NCBI GenBank assembly: GCA_030390025.1
Contig: CM059433.1
Location: forward strand, 32,924,001 to 32,988,000
Direction of reading: 5' to 3'
DNA: 64,000 nt
Origin: Squalus acanthias
Lineage: Eukaryota
The position numbers and the translations under genes are program-made. The notes under the pieces were generated by a model that was given only the letters and a program-made list of their open reading frames with translations, did not search any database and was not told where the DNA came from. This document shows positions 45,801 through 62,900 of the stretch, piece by piece. Positions within the stretch are counted from its first letter, which is position 1, and each line of letters starts with the position of its first letter.

Positions 45801-48142
45801 TCACAGGATCAAGCAAGGATCAATCATAGAATCAGTAAGATGAACAATCACAGGATCAATCATAGAATAAATCAAATGATCTATCATAGAATCAATCATA
45901 GAATTAATAATATGATCTGTCACAGGCTCGCTCACAGGATCAATCACATGATCAACCACAGGATCATCATAAAATATAACAGAATATAAATTACAGGTGC
46001 AATCACAGAATCAATCACATGATCAATCATAGAATCAATCACATGATAAATCATATAATCAATCACATGATTAATCATAGAATCAATAACATGATCAATC
46101 ATAGAATCATTCACATGATTAATCATACAATCAGTCACATAATCAATCAGAGAATCAATCAGATGATCAATCATTGAATCAATCACATGATCAAAGATAT
46201 AATCAATCACAGGAGCAATCATAGAATCAATCACAGGATCAGTCATAGAATCAATCACAGGATCAATCATAGAATCATTCACATGATTAATCATAGAATC
46301 AATCACACGATCAGTCATAGAATCAATCAGATGACCAATCATTGAATCAGTCAGATGAACAATCACAGGATCAATCATAGAATAAATCAAATGATCTATC
46401 ATAGAATCAATCATAGAATCAATAACATGTCCTGTCACAGGATCACTCACAGTATCAATTATATGGTCAACCAAAGGATCATCGTAAAATCTAAAAGAAA
46501 ATTAATAACAGTAGCAATCATAGAATCAGTCACATGATCAATCATAGAATTAGTCACAGCATCAACAACAGAATGAGTCACATGATCTAACATAGAATCA
46601 ATCAGAGCATCAATCATACAATCAATCACATGATCAATCATCTAATCAATCACATTATCAACCATAGAATCAATCACATAATCAATCACAGAAGCAAACA
46701 CATGATCAAACATAGAATCAATCAGATGATCAATCATCGGAACAATTATAGAATCAAGCAAAGGATCAATCACAGGAACAATCAAACAATTTTTCGCATG
46801 ATCAAACATAGAATCAATCACAGAATCAATCACATCATCAATCATAGAATCAATCACATGATCAATCATAGAATGAATCACATGATCAATCATAGAATCA
46901 ATCACAGAATCAATCATAGAATCAATCAGATGATCTATCATAGAATCAATCACATGATCAATCATAGAATCAAACACAGGATCAATCAGAGAATCAATCC
47001 CATGATCAATCATAGAATCAATCACATGATCAATCATAGAATCAATCACATGATCGATCATAGAATGAGTCACGTGATCTATCAAGAATCAATCACATGA
47101 TCAAACATAGAATCAATCACATGATCAATCACATGATCAATCATTGAATCAATCAAATATTCGAACACACGATCAATCATGGAATCAATCACATTATCAA
47201 TCATAATATCAATCACATCATCGAGCACATGTTCAATCATAGAATCTATCACAGGATCAATCAGAGAATCAGTCAGATGATCTGACATGGAATCAATCAG
47301 GGGATCAATCATAGAATCAGTCAGATGATCAATCATAGAATCAATCAAATGATGAATCATAGAATCAATCACAAGATCAATCACAGAATCAATCACATGA
47401 TCAATCATAGAATCAATCACATGATTAAACATAGAATAAATGACATGATCAAGCATAGATTCAATCACATGATCAATCATAGAATCAAACACATGATCAA
47501 TCATAGAATCATTCACATGATCGATCATAGAATCAGTCACGTGATCTATCATAGAATCAATCACATGATCAAACATAGAATCAATCACATGATCAATCAT
47601 ATAATCATTCACATGATTAATCATTGAATCAATCACATGATCAATCGTAGAATCAATCAGATGATCAATCATTGAATCAATCACATGATCAATCGTAGGA
47701 TGAATTACAGGATCAATCATAGAATCATTCACCTGATCTATGATACAATTAAGTATTGGATAAATCATAGAATCAATCACAGGATCAATCATGGAAACAG
47801 TCATTGAATAAATCATAGAATCAATCAGAGAAACAATCACAGGATGAATCACAGGATCAATCACAGGATGAATCATTGAATAGATCACATGATCAATCAC
47901 ATGATCAATCATGCACTCATTCACATGATCAATCATAGAATCCATCACATGATCAAACATAGAATCAATCACATGATCAATCATAGGAACAATTATAGAA
48001 TTAAGCAAAGGATCAATCACAGGAACAATCAAACAATCAATCGCATGATCAGACATAGAATCAATCACATGATCAATCACATGATCAATCATAGAATCAA
48101 TCACAAAATCAATCACAGAATCAATCACAGAATCAATCACAT
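39876..48142. repeat. Higher-order tandem repeat, 3077-bp period, about 2.7 copies
   Basis: Identical ORFs recur every 3077 bp (40201/43278/46355; 40476/43553/46630; 40928/44005; 42867/45944). Marker GAGTCACGTGATCTATCAAGA lies at 40913, 43990, 47067. Confidence 0.93.
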
Positions 48143-51100
48143 CATCAATCATAGAATGAATCACATGATCAATCATAGAATCAATCACAGGATCAATCAT
48201 AGAATCAATCACAGGATCAATCATAGAATCAATCACAGGATCAATCATAGAATCAATCACATGATCAATCATAGAATCAAACACAGGATCAATCAGAGAA
48301 TCAATCCCATGATCAATCATAGAATCAATCACATGATCAATCATAGAGTCAATCACATGATCGATCATAGAATGAGTCACGTGATCTATCAAGAATCAAT
48401 CACATGATCAAACATAGAATCAATCACATGATCAATCACATGATCAATCATTGAATCAATCAAATGTTCGAACACACGATCAATCATGGAATCAATCACA
48501 TTATCAATCATAATATCAATCACATCATCGAGCACATGTTCAATCATAGAATCTATCACAGGATCAATCAGAGAATCAGTCAGATGATCTGACATGGAAT
48601 CAATCAGGGGATCAATCATAGAATCAGTCAGATGATCAATCATAGAATCAATCAAATGATGAATCATAGAATCAATCACAAGATCAATCACAGAATCAAT
48701 CACATGATCAATCATAGAATCAATCACATGATTAAACATAGAATAAATGACATGATCAAGCATAGATTCAATCACATGATCAATCATAGAATCAAACACA
48801 TGATCAATCATAGAATCATTCACATGATCGATCATAGAATCAGTCACGTGATCTATCATAGAATCAATCACATGATCAAACATAGAATCAATCACATGAT
48901 CAATCATATAATCATTCACATGATTAATCATTGAATCAATCACATGATCAATCGTAGAATCAATCAGATGATCAATCATTGAATCAATCACATGATCAAT
49001 CGTAGGATGAATTACAGGATCAATCATAGAATCATTCACCTGATCTATGATACAATTAAGTATTGGATAAATCATAGAATCAATCACAGGATCAATCATG
49101 GAAACAGTCATTGAATAAATCATAGAATCAATCAGAGAAACAATCACAGGATGAATCACAGGATCAATCACAGGATGAATCATTGAATAGATCACATGAT
49201 CAATCACATGATCAATCATGCACTCATTCACATGATCAATCATAGAATCCATCACATGATCAAACATAGAATCAATCACATGATCAATCATAGGAACAAT
49301 TATAGAATTAAGCAAAGGATCAATCACAGGAACAATCAAACAATCAATCGCATGATCAGACATAGAATCAATCACATGATCAATCACATGATCAATCATA
49401 GAATCAATCACAAAATCAATCACAGAATCAATCACAGAATCAATCACATCATCAATCATAGAATGAATCACATGATCAATCATAGAATGAATCACATGAT
49501 CAATCATAGAATCAATCACAGGATCAATCATAGAATCAATCACAGGATCAATCATAGAATCAATCACAGGATCAATCATAGAATCAATCACATGATCAAT
49601 CATAGAATCAAACACAGGATCAATCAGAGAATCAATCCCATGATCAATCATAGAATCAATCACATGATCAATCATAGAGTCAATCACATGATCGATCATA
49701 GAATGAGTCACGTGATCTATCAAGAATCAATCACATGATCAAACATAGAATCAATCACATGATCAATCACATGATCAATCATTGAATCAATCAAATGTTC
49801 GAACACACGATCAATCATGGAATCAATCACATTATCAATCATAATATCAATCACATCATCGAGCACATGTTCAATCATAGAATCTATCACAGGATCAATC
49901 AGAGAATCAGTCAGATGATCTGACATGGAATCAATCAGGGGATCAATCATAGAATCAGTCAGATGATCAATCATAGAATCAATCAAATGATGAATCATAG
50001 AATCAATCACAAGATCAATCACAGAATCAATCACATGATTAAACATAGAATAAATGACATGATCAAGCATAGATTCAATCACATGATCAATCATAGAATC
50101 AAACACATGATCAATCATAGAATCATTCACATGATCGATCATAGAATCAGTCACGTGATCTATCATAGAATCAATCACATGATCAATCATAGAATCAATC
50201 ACATGATTAACCATAGAATAAATGACATGATCAAGCATAGATTCAATCACATGATCAATCATAGAATCAAACACATGATCAATCATAGAATCATTCACAT
50301 GATCGATCATAGAATCAGTCACGTGATCTATCATAGAATCAATCACATGATCAAACATAGAATCAATCACATGATCAATCATATAATCATTCACATGATT
50401 AATCATTGAATCAATCACATGATCAATCGTAGAATCAATCAGAGGATCAATCATTGAATCAATCACATGATCAATCGTAGGATGAATTACAGGATCAATC
50501 ATAGAATCATTCACCTGATCTATGATACAATTAAGTATTGGATAAATCATAGAATCAATCACAGGATCAATCATGGAAACAGTCATTGAATAAATCATAG
50601 AATCAATCAGAGAAACAATCACAGGATGAATCACAGGATCAATCACAGGATGAATCATTGAATAGATCACATGATCAATCACATGATCAATCATGCACTC
50701 ATTCACATGATCAATCATAGAATCCATCACATGATCAAACATAGAATCAATCACATGATCAATCATAGGAACAATTATAGAATTAAGCAAAGGATCAATC
50801 ACAGGAACAATCAAACAATCAATCGCATGATCAGACATAGAATCAATCACATGATCAATCACATGATCAATCATAGAATCAATCACAAAATCAATCACAG
50901 AATCAATCACAGAATCAATCACATCATCAATCATAGAATGAATCACATGATCAATCATAGAATCAATCACAGGATCAATCATAGAATCAATCACAGGATC
51001 AATCATAGAATCAATCACAGGATCAATCATAGAATCAATCACATGATCAATCATAGAATCAAACACAGGATCAATCAGAGAATCAATCCCATGATCAATC

Positions 51101-54100
51101 ATAGAATCAATCACATGATCAATCATAGAGTCAATCACATGATCGATCATAGAATGAGTCACGTGATCTATCAAGAATCAATCACATGATCAAACATAGA
51201 ATCAATCACATGATCAATCACATGATCAATCATTGAATCAATCAAATGTTCGAACACACGATCAATCATGGAATCAATCACATTATCAATCATAATATCA
51301 ATCACATCATCGAGCACATGTTCAATCATAGAATCTATCACAGGATCAATCAGAGAATCAGTCAGATGATCTGACATGGAATCAATCAGGGGATCAATCA
51401 TAGAATCAGTCAGATGATCAATCATAGAATCAATCAAATGATGAATCATAGAATCAATCACAAGATCAATCACAGAATCAATCACATGATCAATCATAGA
51501 ATCAATCACATGATTAAACATAGAATAAATGACATGATCAAGCATAGATTCAATCACATGATCAATCATAGAATCAAACACATGATCAATCATAGAATCA
51601 TTCACATGATCGATCATAGAATCAGTCACGTGATCTATCATAGAATCAATCACATGATCAAACATAGAATCAATCACATGATCAATCATATAATCATTCA
51701 CATGATTAATCATTGAATCAATCACATGATCAATCGTAGAATCAATCAGATGATCAATCATTGAATCAATCACATGATCAATCGTAGGATGAATTACAGG
51801 ATCAATCATAGAATCATTCACCTGATCTATGATACAATTAAGTATTGGATAAATCATAGAATCAATCACAGGATCAATCATGGAAACAGTCATTGAATAA
51901 ATCATAGAATCAATCAGAGAAACAATCACAGGATGAATCACAGGATCAATCACAGGATGAATCATTGAATAGATCACATGATCAATCACATGATCAATCA
52001 TGCACTCATTCACATGATCAATCATAGAATCCATCACATGATCAAACATAGAATCAATCACATGATCAATCATAGGAACAATTATAGAATTAAGCAAAGG
52101 ATCAATCACAGGAACAATCAAACAATCAATCGCATGATCAGACATAGAATCAATCACATGATCAATCACATGATCAATCATAGAATCAATCACAAAATCA
52201 ATCACAGAATCAATCACAGAATCAATCACATCATCAATCATAGAATGAATCACATGATCAATCATAGAATGAATCACATGATCAATCATAGAATCAATCA
52301 CAGGATCAATCATAGAATCAATCACAGGATCAATCATAGAATCAATCACAGGATCAATCATAGAATCAATCACATGATCAATCATAGAATCAAACACAGG
52401 ATCAATCAGAGAATCAATCCCATGATCAATCATAGAATCAATCACATGATCAATCATAGAGTCAATCACATGATCGATCATAGAATGAGTCACGTGATCT
52501 ATCAAGAATCAATCACATGATCAAACATAGAATCAATCACATGATCAATCACATGATCAATCATTGAATCAATCAAATGTTCGAACACACGATCAATCAT
52601 GGAATCAATCACATTATCAATCATAATATCAATCACATCATCGAGCACATGTTCAATCATAGAATCTATCACAGGATCAATCAGAGAATCAGTCAGATGA
52701 TCTGACATGGAATCAATCAGGGGATCAATCATAGAATCAGTCAGATGATCAATCATAGAATCAATCAAATGATGAATCATAGAATCAATCACAAGATCAA
52801 TCACAGAATCAATCACATGATCAATCATAGAATCAATCACATGATTAAACATAGAATAAATGACATGATCAAGCATAGATTCAATCACATGATCAATCAT
52901 AGAATCAAACACATGATCAATCATAGAATCATTCACATGATCGATCATAGAATCAGTCACGTGATCTATCATAGAATCAATCACATGATCAAACATAGAA
53001 TCAATCACATGATCAATCATATAATCATTCACATGATTAATCATTGAATCAATCACATGATCAATCGTAGAATCAATCAGATGATCAATCATTGAATCAA
53101 TCACATGATCAATCGTAGGATGAATTACAGGATCAATCATAGAATCATTCACCTGATCTATGATACAATTAAGTATTGGATAAATCATAGAATCAATCAC
53201 AGGATCAATCATGGAAACAGTCATTGAATAAATCATAGAATCAATCAGAGAAACAATCACAGGATGAATCACAGGATCAATCACAGGATGAATCATTGAA
53301 TAGATCACATGATCAATCACATGATCAATCATGCACTCATTCACATGATCAATCATAGAATCCATCACATGATCAAACATAGAATCAATCACATGATCAA
53401 TCATAGGAACAATTATAGAATTAAGCAAAGGATCAATCACAGGAACAATCAAACAATCAATCGCATGATCAGACATAGAATCAATCACATGATCAATCAC
53501 ATGATCAATCATAGAATCAATCACAAAATCAATCACAGAATCAATCACAGAATCAATCACATCATCAATCATAGAATGAATCACATGATCAATCATAGAA
53601 TCAATCACAGGATCAATCATAGAATCAATCACAGGATCAATCATAGAATCAATCACAGGATCAATCATAGAATCAATCACATGATCAATCATAGAATCAA
53701 ACACAGGATCAATCAGAGAATCAATCCCATGATCAATCATAGAATCAATCACATGATCAATCATAGAGTCAATCACATGATCGATCATAGAATGAGTCAC
53801 GTGATCTATCAAGAATCAATCACATGATCAAACATAGAATCAATCACATGATCAATCACATGATCAATCATTGAATCAATCAAATGTTCGAACACACGAT
53901 CAATCATGGAATCAATCACATTATCAATCATAATATCAATCACATCATCGAGCACATGTTCAATCATAGAATCTATCACAGGATCAATCAGAGAATCAGT
54001 CAGATGATCTGACATGGAATCAATCAGGGGATCAATCATAGAATCAGTCAGATGATCAATCATAGAATCAATCAAATGATGAATCATAGAATCAATCACA

Positions 54101-55100
54101 AGATCAATCACAGAATCAATCACATGATCAATCATAGAATCAATCACATGATTAAACATAGAATAAATGACATGATCAAGCATAGATTCAATCACATGAT
54201 CAATCATAGAATCAAACACATGATCAATCATAGAATCATTCACATGATCGATCATAGAATCAGTCACGTGATCTATCATAGAATCAATCACATGATCAAA
54301 CATAGAATCAATCACATGATCAATCATATAATCATTCACATGATTAATCATTGAATCAATCACATGATCAATCGTAGAATCAATCAGATGATCAATCATT
54401 GAATCAATCACATGATCAATCGTAGGATGAATTACAGGATCAATCATAGAATCATTCACCTGATCTATGATACAATTAAGTATTGGATAAATCATAGAAT
54501 CAATCACAGGATCAATCATGGAAACAGTCATTGAATAAATCATAGAATCAATCAGAGAAACAATCACAGGATGAATCACAGGATCAATCACAGGATGAAT
54601 CATTGAATAGATCACATGATCAATCACATGATCAATCATGCACTCATTCACATGATCAATCATAGAATCCATCACATGATCAAACATAGAATCAATCACA
54701 TGATCAATCATAGGAACAATTATAGAATTAAGCAAAGGATCAATCACAGGAACAATCAAACAATCAATCGCATGATCAGACATAGAATCAATCACATGAT
54801 CAATCACATGATCAATCATAGAATCAATCACAAAATCAATCACAGAATCAATCACAGAATCAATCACATCATCAATCATAGAATGAATCACATGATCAAT
54901 CATAGAATCAATCACAGGATCAATCATAGAATCAATCACAGGATCAATCATAGAATCAATCACAGGATCAATCATAGAATCAATCACATGATCAATCATA
55001 TAATCAAACACAGGATCAATCAGAGAATCAAACCCATGATCAATCATAGAATCAATCACATGATCAATCATAGAATCAATCACATGATCGATCATAGAAT
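47067..55100. repeat. Higher-order tandem repeat, ~1.3-kb unit, about 6 copies (spacings 1307, 1331, 1451, 1331, 1307)
   Basis: Marker GAGTCACGTGATCTATCAAGA at 47067, 48374, 49705, 51156, 52487, 53794. Near-identical minus-strand ORFs end at 47082, 48389, 49720, 51171, 52502, 53809. Confidence 0.93.
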
Positions 55101-58100
55101 CAGTCACATGATCTATCATAGAATTAATCACATGATCAAACATAGAATCAATCACATGATCATTCACATGATCAATCATAGAATCAATCAAATGATCGAT
55201 CACGGGATCAATCATGGAATCAGTCACATTATCAATCATAGAAGCAATCACATGATCAATTAATGAATCAAATAGATGATCAATCATAGAATCAATCACA
55301 TGCTCAATCATAGAATCAATCATATGATCAATCACATGATCAATCATAGAATCAATCACAGGATCAATCAGAGAATCAATCACATGATTATCACAGAATC
55401 ATTCACAGGATCAATCATAGAATCAATCATAGAATCCCTCATAGGATCAATCATAGAATCAATCACAAGATAAATCGTAGAATCAATCATATGATCAATC
55501 ATAGAATCAGTCACATGATCAATCATAGAATCAATCACAGGATCAATCAGAGAATCAATCACATGATTATCACAGAATCATTCACAGGATCAATCATAGA
55601 ATCAATCATAGAATCAATCACAGGAACAATCATAGAATCAAACACATGATCAATCATAGAATCAATCACCTGATTAATCATAGAATCAATCACAGGATCA
55701 AGCATAGAATCAATCACATGATCAATCATCTAATCAATCACATTATCAACCATAGAATCAATGACATAATCAATCATAGAAGCAATCACATGATCAAACA
55801 TAGAATCAGTCACATGATCAATCATAGAATCAATCAGAGGATCAATCACAGAATGAGTCACATGATCTGACATAGAATCAATCAGGGGATCAATCATACA
55901 ATCAATCAGATGATCAATCATAGAATCAATCACATGATCAATCATAGAAACAAACACATAATCAATCATAAAATCAATCAGATGATCAATCATAGAATCA
56001 ATCACAGGACCAAGCATAGAATCAATCACATGATCAATCATAGAATCAATCTTAGAATCAATCACATGATCAATCACAGGATCAATCATAGAATCAATCA
56101 CAGGATCAAACATAGAATCAATCAGATGATCAATCATAGAATCAATCATAAAATCAATCACATGATCAATGATAGATTCAATCACATGATCAATCATAGA
56201 ATCAATCACAGGATCAATCATAGAATCAACCACATGATCAATCATCTTATCAATCACATTATCAATCATAGAATCAATCACATAATCAATCATAGAAGCA
56301 ATCACATGATCAAACATAGAATCAATCAGATGATCAATCATTGAATCAACCACATGATCAATCGTAGGATCAATCACAGGATCCATCATAGAATCATGCA
56401 CATGATCTATGATAGAATCAATTACTGGATAAATCATAGAATCAATCACAGATTCAATCATGGAATCAGACATTGAATCAATCATAGAATCAATCACAGG
56501 TTCACTCACACGATCAATCAGTTTGAATCATTGAATAGATCACATGATCAATCACAGGAGCAATAACAGGATCAATCATGGAATCAAACAATGAATCAAT
56601 CACATGATCAATCATGGAATCAATCACAGGAACAATCATAGAATCAATCACATGATCATTACAGGATTAATCAGAGAATCAATCACATGATTAGCACAGA
56701 ATTAATCACAAGATCAATCATAGAATCAATTATAGAATCAATCACAGGAACAATCATAGAATCAATCACATGATTATCACAGGATCAATCACAGGAACAA
56801 TCAATGAAACAATCATAGAATCAATCACAGGATCAAGCAAGGATCATTCATAGAATCAGTCAGATGAACAATCACAGGATCAATCATAGAATAATTCAAA
56901 TGATCTATCATAGAATCAATCATAGAATCAATAACATGATCTGTCACAGGATCACTCACAGTATCAATTATATGGTCAAGCAAAGGATCATCATAAAATC
57001 TAAAAGAAAATTAATAACAGTAGCAATCATAGAATCATCCACATGATCAATCATAGAATCAATCACAGGATCAATCACATGATCAATCATAGAATCAGTC
57101 ACATGATCAATCATAGAATTAATCACAGCATCAATCACAGAATGAGTCACATGATCTGACATAGAATCAATCAGAGGATCAATCATACAATCAATCAGAT
57201 GATCAATCATACAATCAATCACATGATCAATCATAGAATCAAACACATGATCAATCATAGAATCAATCACCTGATTAATCATAGAATCAATCACAGGATC
57301 AAGCATAGAATCAATCACATGATCAATCATCTAATCAATCACATTATCAACCATAGAATCAATCACATAATCAATCATAGAAGCAATCACATGATCAAAC
57401 ATAGAATCAGTCACATGATCAATCATAGAATCAATCAGAGGATCAATCACAGAATGAGTCACATGATCTGACATAGAATCAATCAGGGGATCAATCATAC
57501 AATCAATCAGATGATCAATCATAGAATCAATCACATGATCAATCATAGAATCAATCACAGGACCAAGCATAGAATCAATCACATGATCAATCATAGAATC
57601 AATCTTAGAATCAATCACATGATCAATCACAGGATCAATCATTGAATCAATCACATGATCAATCGTAGGATCAATCACAGGATCCATCATAGAATCAGTC
57701 ACATGATATATGATAGAATCAATTACTGGATAAATCATACAATCAAACACAGGATCAATCATGGAATCAGACATTGAATCAATCATAGAATCAATCACAG
57801 GATCAATCACATGATCAATCACAGGATCAAGCATAGAATCAATCACATGATCTGTCATAGAAACAATCATAGGATCAATCATAGAATCAATCACAGGATT
57901 AATCACAGAATCAATCACATGATCAATCACAGATTCACTCAAAGATTCAATCACATGATTAATCATAGGATCAATCACATTATTAATCAAATAATCAATC
58001 ATATAATCTATCACTAGATCAATCACAGAATCAATCACATGATCAATCATAGAATCAATCACATGATCATACATACAATTAATCACATGATCAATCATAG

Positions 58101-59924
58101 AATCAATCACATGATCAATCATAGAATCAATCACAGGATCAATCTTAGAATCAATCACATGATCAATCGTAGAATCAATCACAGGATCAATGATAGAATC
58201 AGTCACATGATCTGTCAAAGAATCAATCACAGTATCAATCATAGAATCAATCAGATGATCAATCATACAATCAATCACATGATCATCACAGGATCAATCA
58301 CAGGAACAATCAATGAAATAATCATAGAATCAATCACAGTATCAAGCAAGGATCAATCATAGAATCAGTAAGATGAACAATCACAGGATCACTCATAGAA
58401 TATATCAAATGATCTATCATAGAATCAATCATAGAATCAATAATATGATCTGTCACAGAATCAATCACAGGATCAATGATAGAATCAATCACAGTATCAA
58501 TCATAGAATCAATCACAGGATCAATCATAGAATCAATCACAGGATCAATCATAGAATAATTCAAATGATCTACTAGAGAATCAATCATAGAATCAAAAAT
58601 ATGATCTGTCACAGAATCACTCACGGGATCAATCACATGATCAACCACAGGATCAAATAAAGAATGAATCAAAGGAACAATAATAGAATCAATCACATGA
58701 TCAATCACATGATCAATCATCGAATCAATCACTGGATCAATCACATGATCAATCATAGAATAAATCAAATGATCTATCATAGAATCAATCATAGAATCAA
58801 TAATATGATCAATCATAGAATTAATCACAGGCTCAAGCATAGAATCAATCACATCATCAATCATAGAATCAAACACATGATCAATCTTTGAATCAATCAT
58901 ATAATCAATCACAAGATCAATCACAGAATCAATCACATGATCAATCATAGAATCAATCACATGATCCATCATAAAATATATCACATGAACAATCATAGAA
59001 TCAATTACATGACCAATCATAGAATCAATCACAGGGTCAATCTTAGAATCAATCACATGATCAATCGTAGAATCAATCACAGGATCAATCATAGAATCAA
59101 TCACATGATCAATCATACAATTATTCACAAGATCAATCACAGAATCAATCACATGATCAATCATAGAATCAATGAGATGATCAATCATAAAATCAATCAC
59201 AGGATCAATCGTAGAATCAAAAACATGATCAATCATAGAATCAATCAAATGATTATCACAGGATCAATCACAGGATCAATCATAGAATCAATCATAGAAT
59301 CAATCACATGATCATCACAGGATCAATCACAGGAACCAGCAATGAAACAATCATAGAATCAATCACAGGATCAAGCAAGGATCAATCATAGAATCAGTAA
59401 GATGGACAATCACAGGATCAATCATAGAATAAATCAAATGATCTATCATAGAATCAATCATAGAATCAATAATATGATCTGTCACAGGCTCGCTCACAGG
59501 ATCAATCACATGATCAACCACAGGATCATCATAAAATCTAACAGAATATAAATTACAGGTGCAATCACAGAATCAATCACATGATCAATCATAGAATCAA
59601 TCACATGATAAATCATATAATCCAACATAGAATCAATCACATCATCAATCACATGATCAATCATAGAATCAGTCACATGTTCAATCATATAATCTATCAT
59701 AGGATCAATCACCGAATCAGTCACATGAACTGACATAGAATCAATCAGGGGATCAATGATAGAATCAATCACATGATCAATCATAGAATCAATCAAATGA
59801 TCAATCACAGAATCAATCACAAGATCAATCACAGAATCAATCACATGATCAATCATAGAATCAATCACATGATAAATCACATGATCAATCATAGAATCAT
59901 TCACATGATTAATCATAGAATCAA

Positions 59925-62900
59925 TCACAGGATCAATCACATAATGAGTCACATGATCTGACATAGATTCAATCAGAGCATCAGTCATAGAATCAATCAG
60001 ATGACCAAACATAGAATCAATCACATGATCAATCATGGAATCAATCACATGATCAATCATAGAATCTATCACATGCTCAATCATAGAATCAATCACAGGC
60101 TCAAGCATAGAATCAGTCACATGATCAATCATACAATCAATCACAAGATCAATCACAGAATCAATCACTTGATCAATCATAGAATCAATCACATGATCAA
60201 TCATACAATTAATCACATGATCAATCATAGAAACAATCACATGATCAATCGTAGAATCAATCACAGGATCAATGATAGAATCAGTCACATGATCTGACAT
60301 AGAATCAATCACAGGATCAATCATAGAATCAATCAGATGATCAATCATAGAATCAATCACATGATCAATCATAGAATCAATCACAGGATCAATCAGAGAA
60401 TCAATCACATGATCAATCATAGAATCAATCACATGATCAATCAGAGAATCTATCACATGATCAATCGTAGAATCAAAAACATGATCAATCATAGAATCAA
60501 TCACATGATGATCACAGGATCAATCACAGGATCAATCATAGAATCAATCATAGAATCAATCACATGATCATCACAGGATCAATCACGGGAACCATCAATG
60601 AAACAATCATAGAATCAATCACAGGATCAAGCAAGGATCAATAATAGAATCAGTAAGATGAACAATCACAGGATCAATCATAGAATAAATCAAATGATCT
60701 ATCATAGAATCAATCAAAGAATCAATAACATGATCTGTCACAGGATCACTCACAGGATCAATCACATGATCAACCACAGGATCATCAGAAAATCTAACAG
60801 AAAATAAATCACTGGAGCAATCATAAAATCAATCACATGATCAATCATAGATTCAATCACATGATAATTCATACAATCAATCATAGAATCAAGCACATCA
60901 TCGATCACATGATCAATCATAGAATCAGTCACATGTTCAATCATAGAATCTATCACAGGATCAATCACAGAATCATTCACATGATCTGACATGCAATCAA
61001 TCAGGGGATCAATCATAGAATCAATCAGGTGATCAATCATAGAATCAATCAAATGATCAATCATAGAATCAATCACATGATTAATCATAGAATAAATGAC
61101 ATGATCAAGCATAGATTCAATCACATGATCAATCATAGAATCAATCACAGGATCAATCATAGAATCAATAACATGATCAATCATAGAATCATTCACATGA
61201 TTAATCATACAATCAGTCACATAATCAATCAGAGAATCAATCAGATGATCAATCATTGAATCAATCACATGATCAATGATATAATCAATCACAGGATCAA
61301 TCATAGAATCAATCACAGGATCAGTCATAGAATCAATCACAGGATCAATCATAGAATCATTCACATGATTAATCATAGAATCAATCACATAATCAATCAT
61401 AGAATCAATCACATGATCAGTCATAGAATCAATCAGATGACCAATCATTGAATCAGTCAGATGAACAATCACAGGATCAATCATAGAATAAATCAAATGA
61501 TCTATCATAGAATCAATCATAGAATCAATAACATGATCTGTCACAGGATCACTCACAGTATCAATTATATGGCCACCAAAGGATCATCATAAAATCTAAA
61601 AGAAAATTAATAACAGTAGCAATCATAGAATCATCCACATGATCAATCATAGAATCAATCACAGGATCAATAACATGATCAATCATAGAATCATTCACAT
61701 GATCAATTATAGAATTAGTCACAGCATCAATCACAGAATGAGTCACATGATCTGACATAGAATCAATCAGAGGATCAATCATACAATCAATCAGATGATC
61801 AATCATAGAATCAATCACATGATCAATCTTTGAATCAATCATATAATCAATCACAAGATCAATCACAGAATCAATCACATGTTCAATCATAGAATCAATC
61901 ACATGATCAATCATAAAATATATCACATGATCAAACATATAATCAATTACATGATCAATCATAGAATCAATCACAGGATCAATCTTAGAATCAATCACAT
62001 GATCAATCGTAGAATCAATCACAGGATCAATGATAGAATCAGTCACATGAACTGACATAGAATCAATCACAGGATCAATCATAGAATCAATCACATGATC
62101 AATCATACAATTAATCACAAGATCAATCACAGAATCAATCACATGATCTGACATGCAATCAATCAGGGGATCAATCATAGAATCAATCAGGTGATCAATC
62201 ATAGAATCAATCAGATGATCAATCATAGAATCAATCACATGATCAATCATAGAATCAATCACAGGATCAATCAGAGAATCAATCACCTGATCAGTCATAG
62301 AATCAATCACATGATCAATCAGAGAATCTATCACATGATCAATCGTAGAATCAAAAACATGATCAATCATAGAATCAATCAAATTATTATCACAGGATCA
62401 ATCACAGGATCAATCATAGAATCAATCATAGAATCAATCACATGATCATCACAGGATCAATCACAGGAACCAGCAATGAAACAATCATAGAATCAATCAC
62501 AGGATCAAGCAAGGATCAATCATAGAATCAGTAAGATGAACAATCACAGGATCAATCATAGAATAAATCAAATGATCTATCATAGAATCAATCATAGAAT
62601 TAATAATATGATCTGTCACAGGCTCGCTCACAGGATCAATCACATGATCAACCACAGGATCATCATAAAATATAACAGAATATAAATTACAGGTGCAATC
62701 ACAGAATCAATCACATGATCAATCATAGAATCAATCACATGATAAATCATATAATCAATCACATGATTAATCATAGAATCAATAACATGATCAATCATAG
62801 AATCATTCACATGATTAATCATACAATCAGTCACATAATCAATCAGAGAATCAATCAGATGATCAATCATTGAATCAATCACATGATCAAAGATATAATC

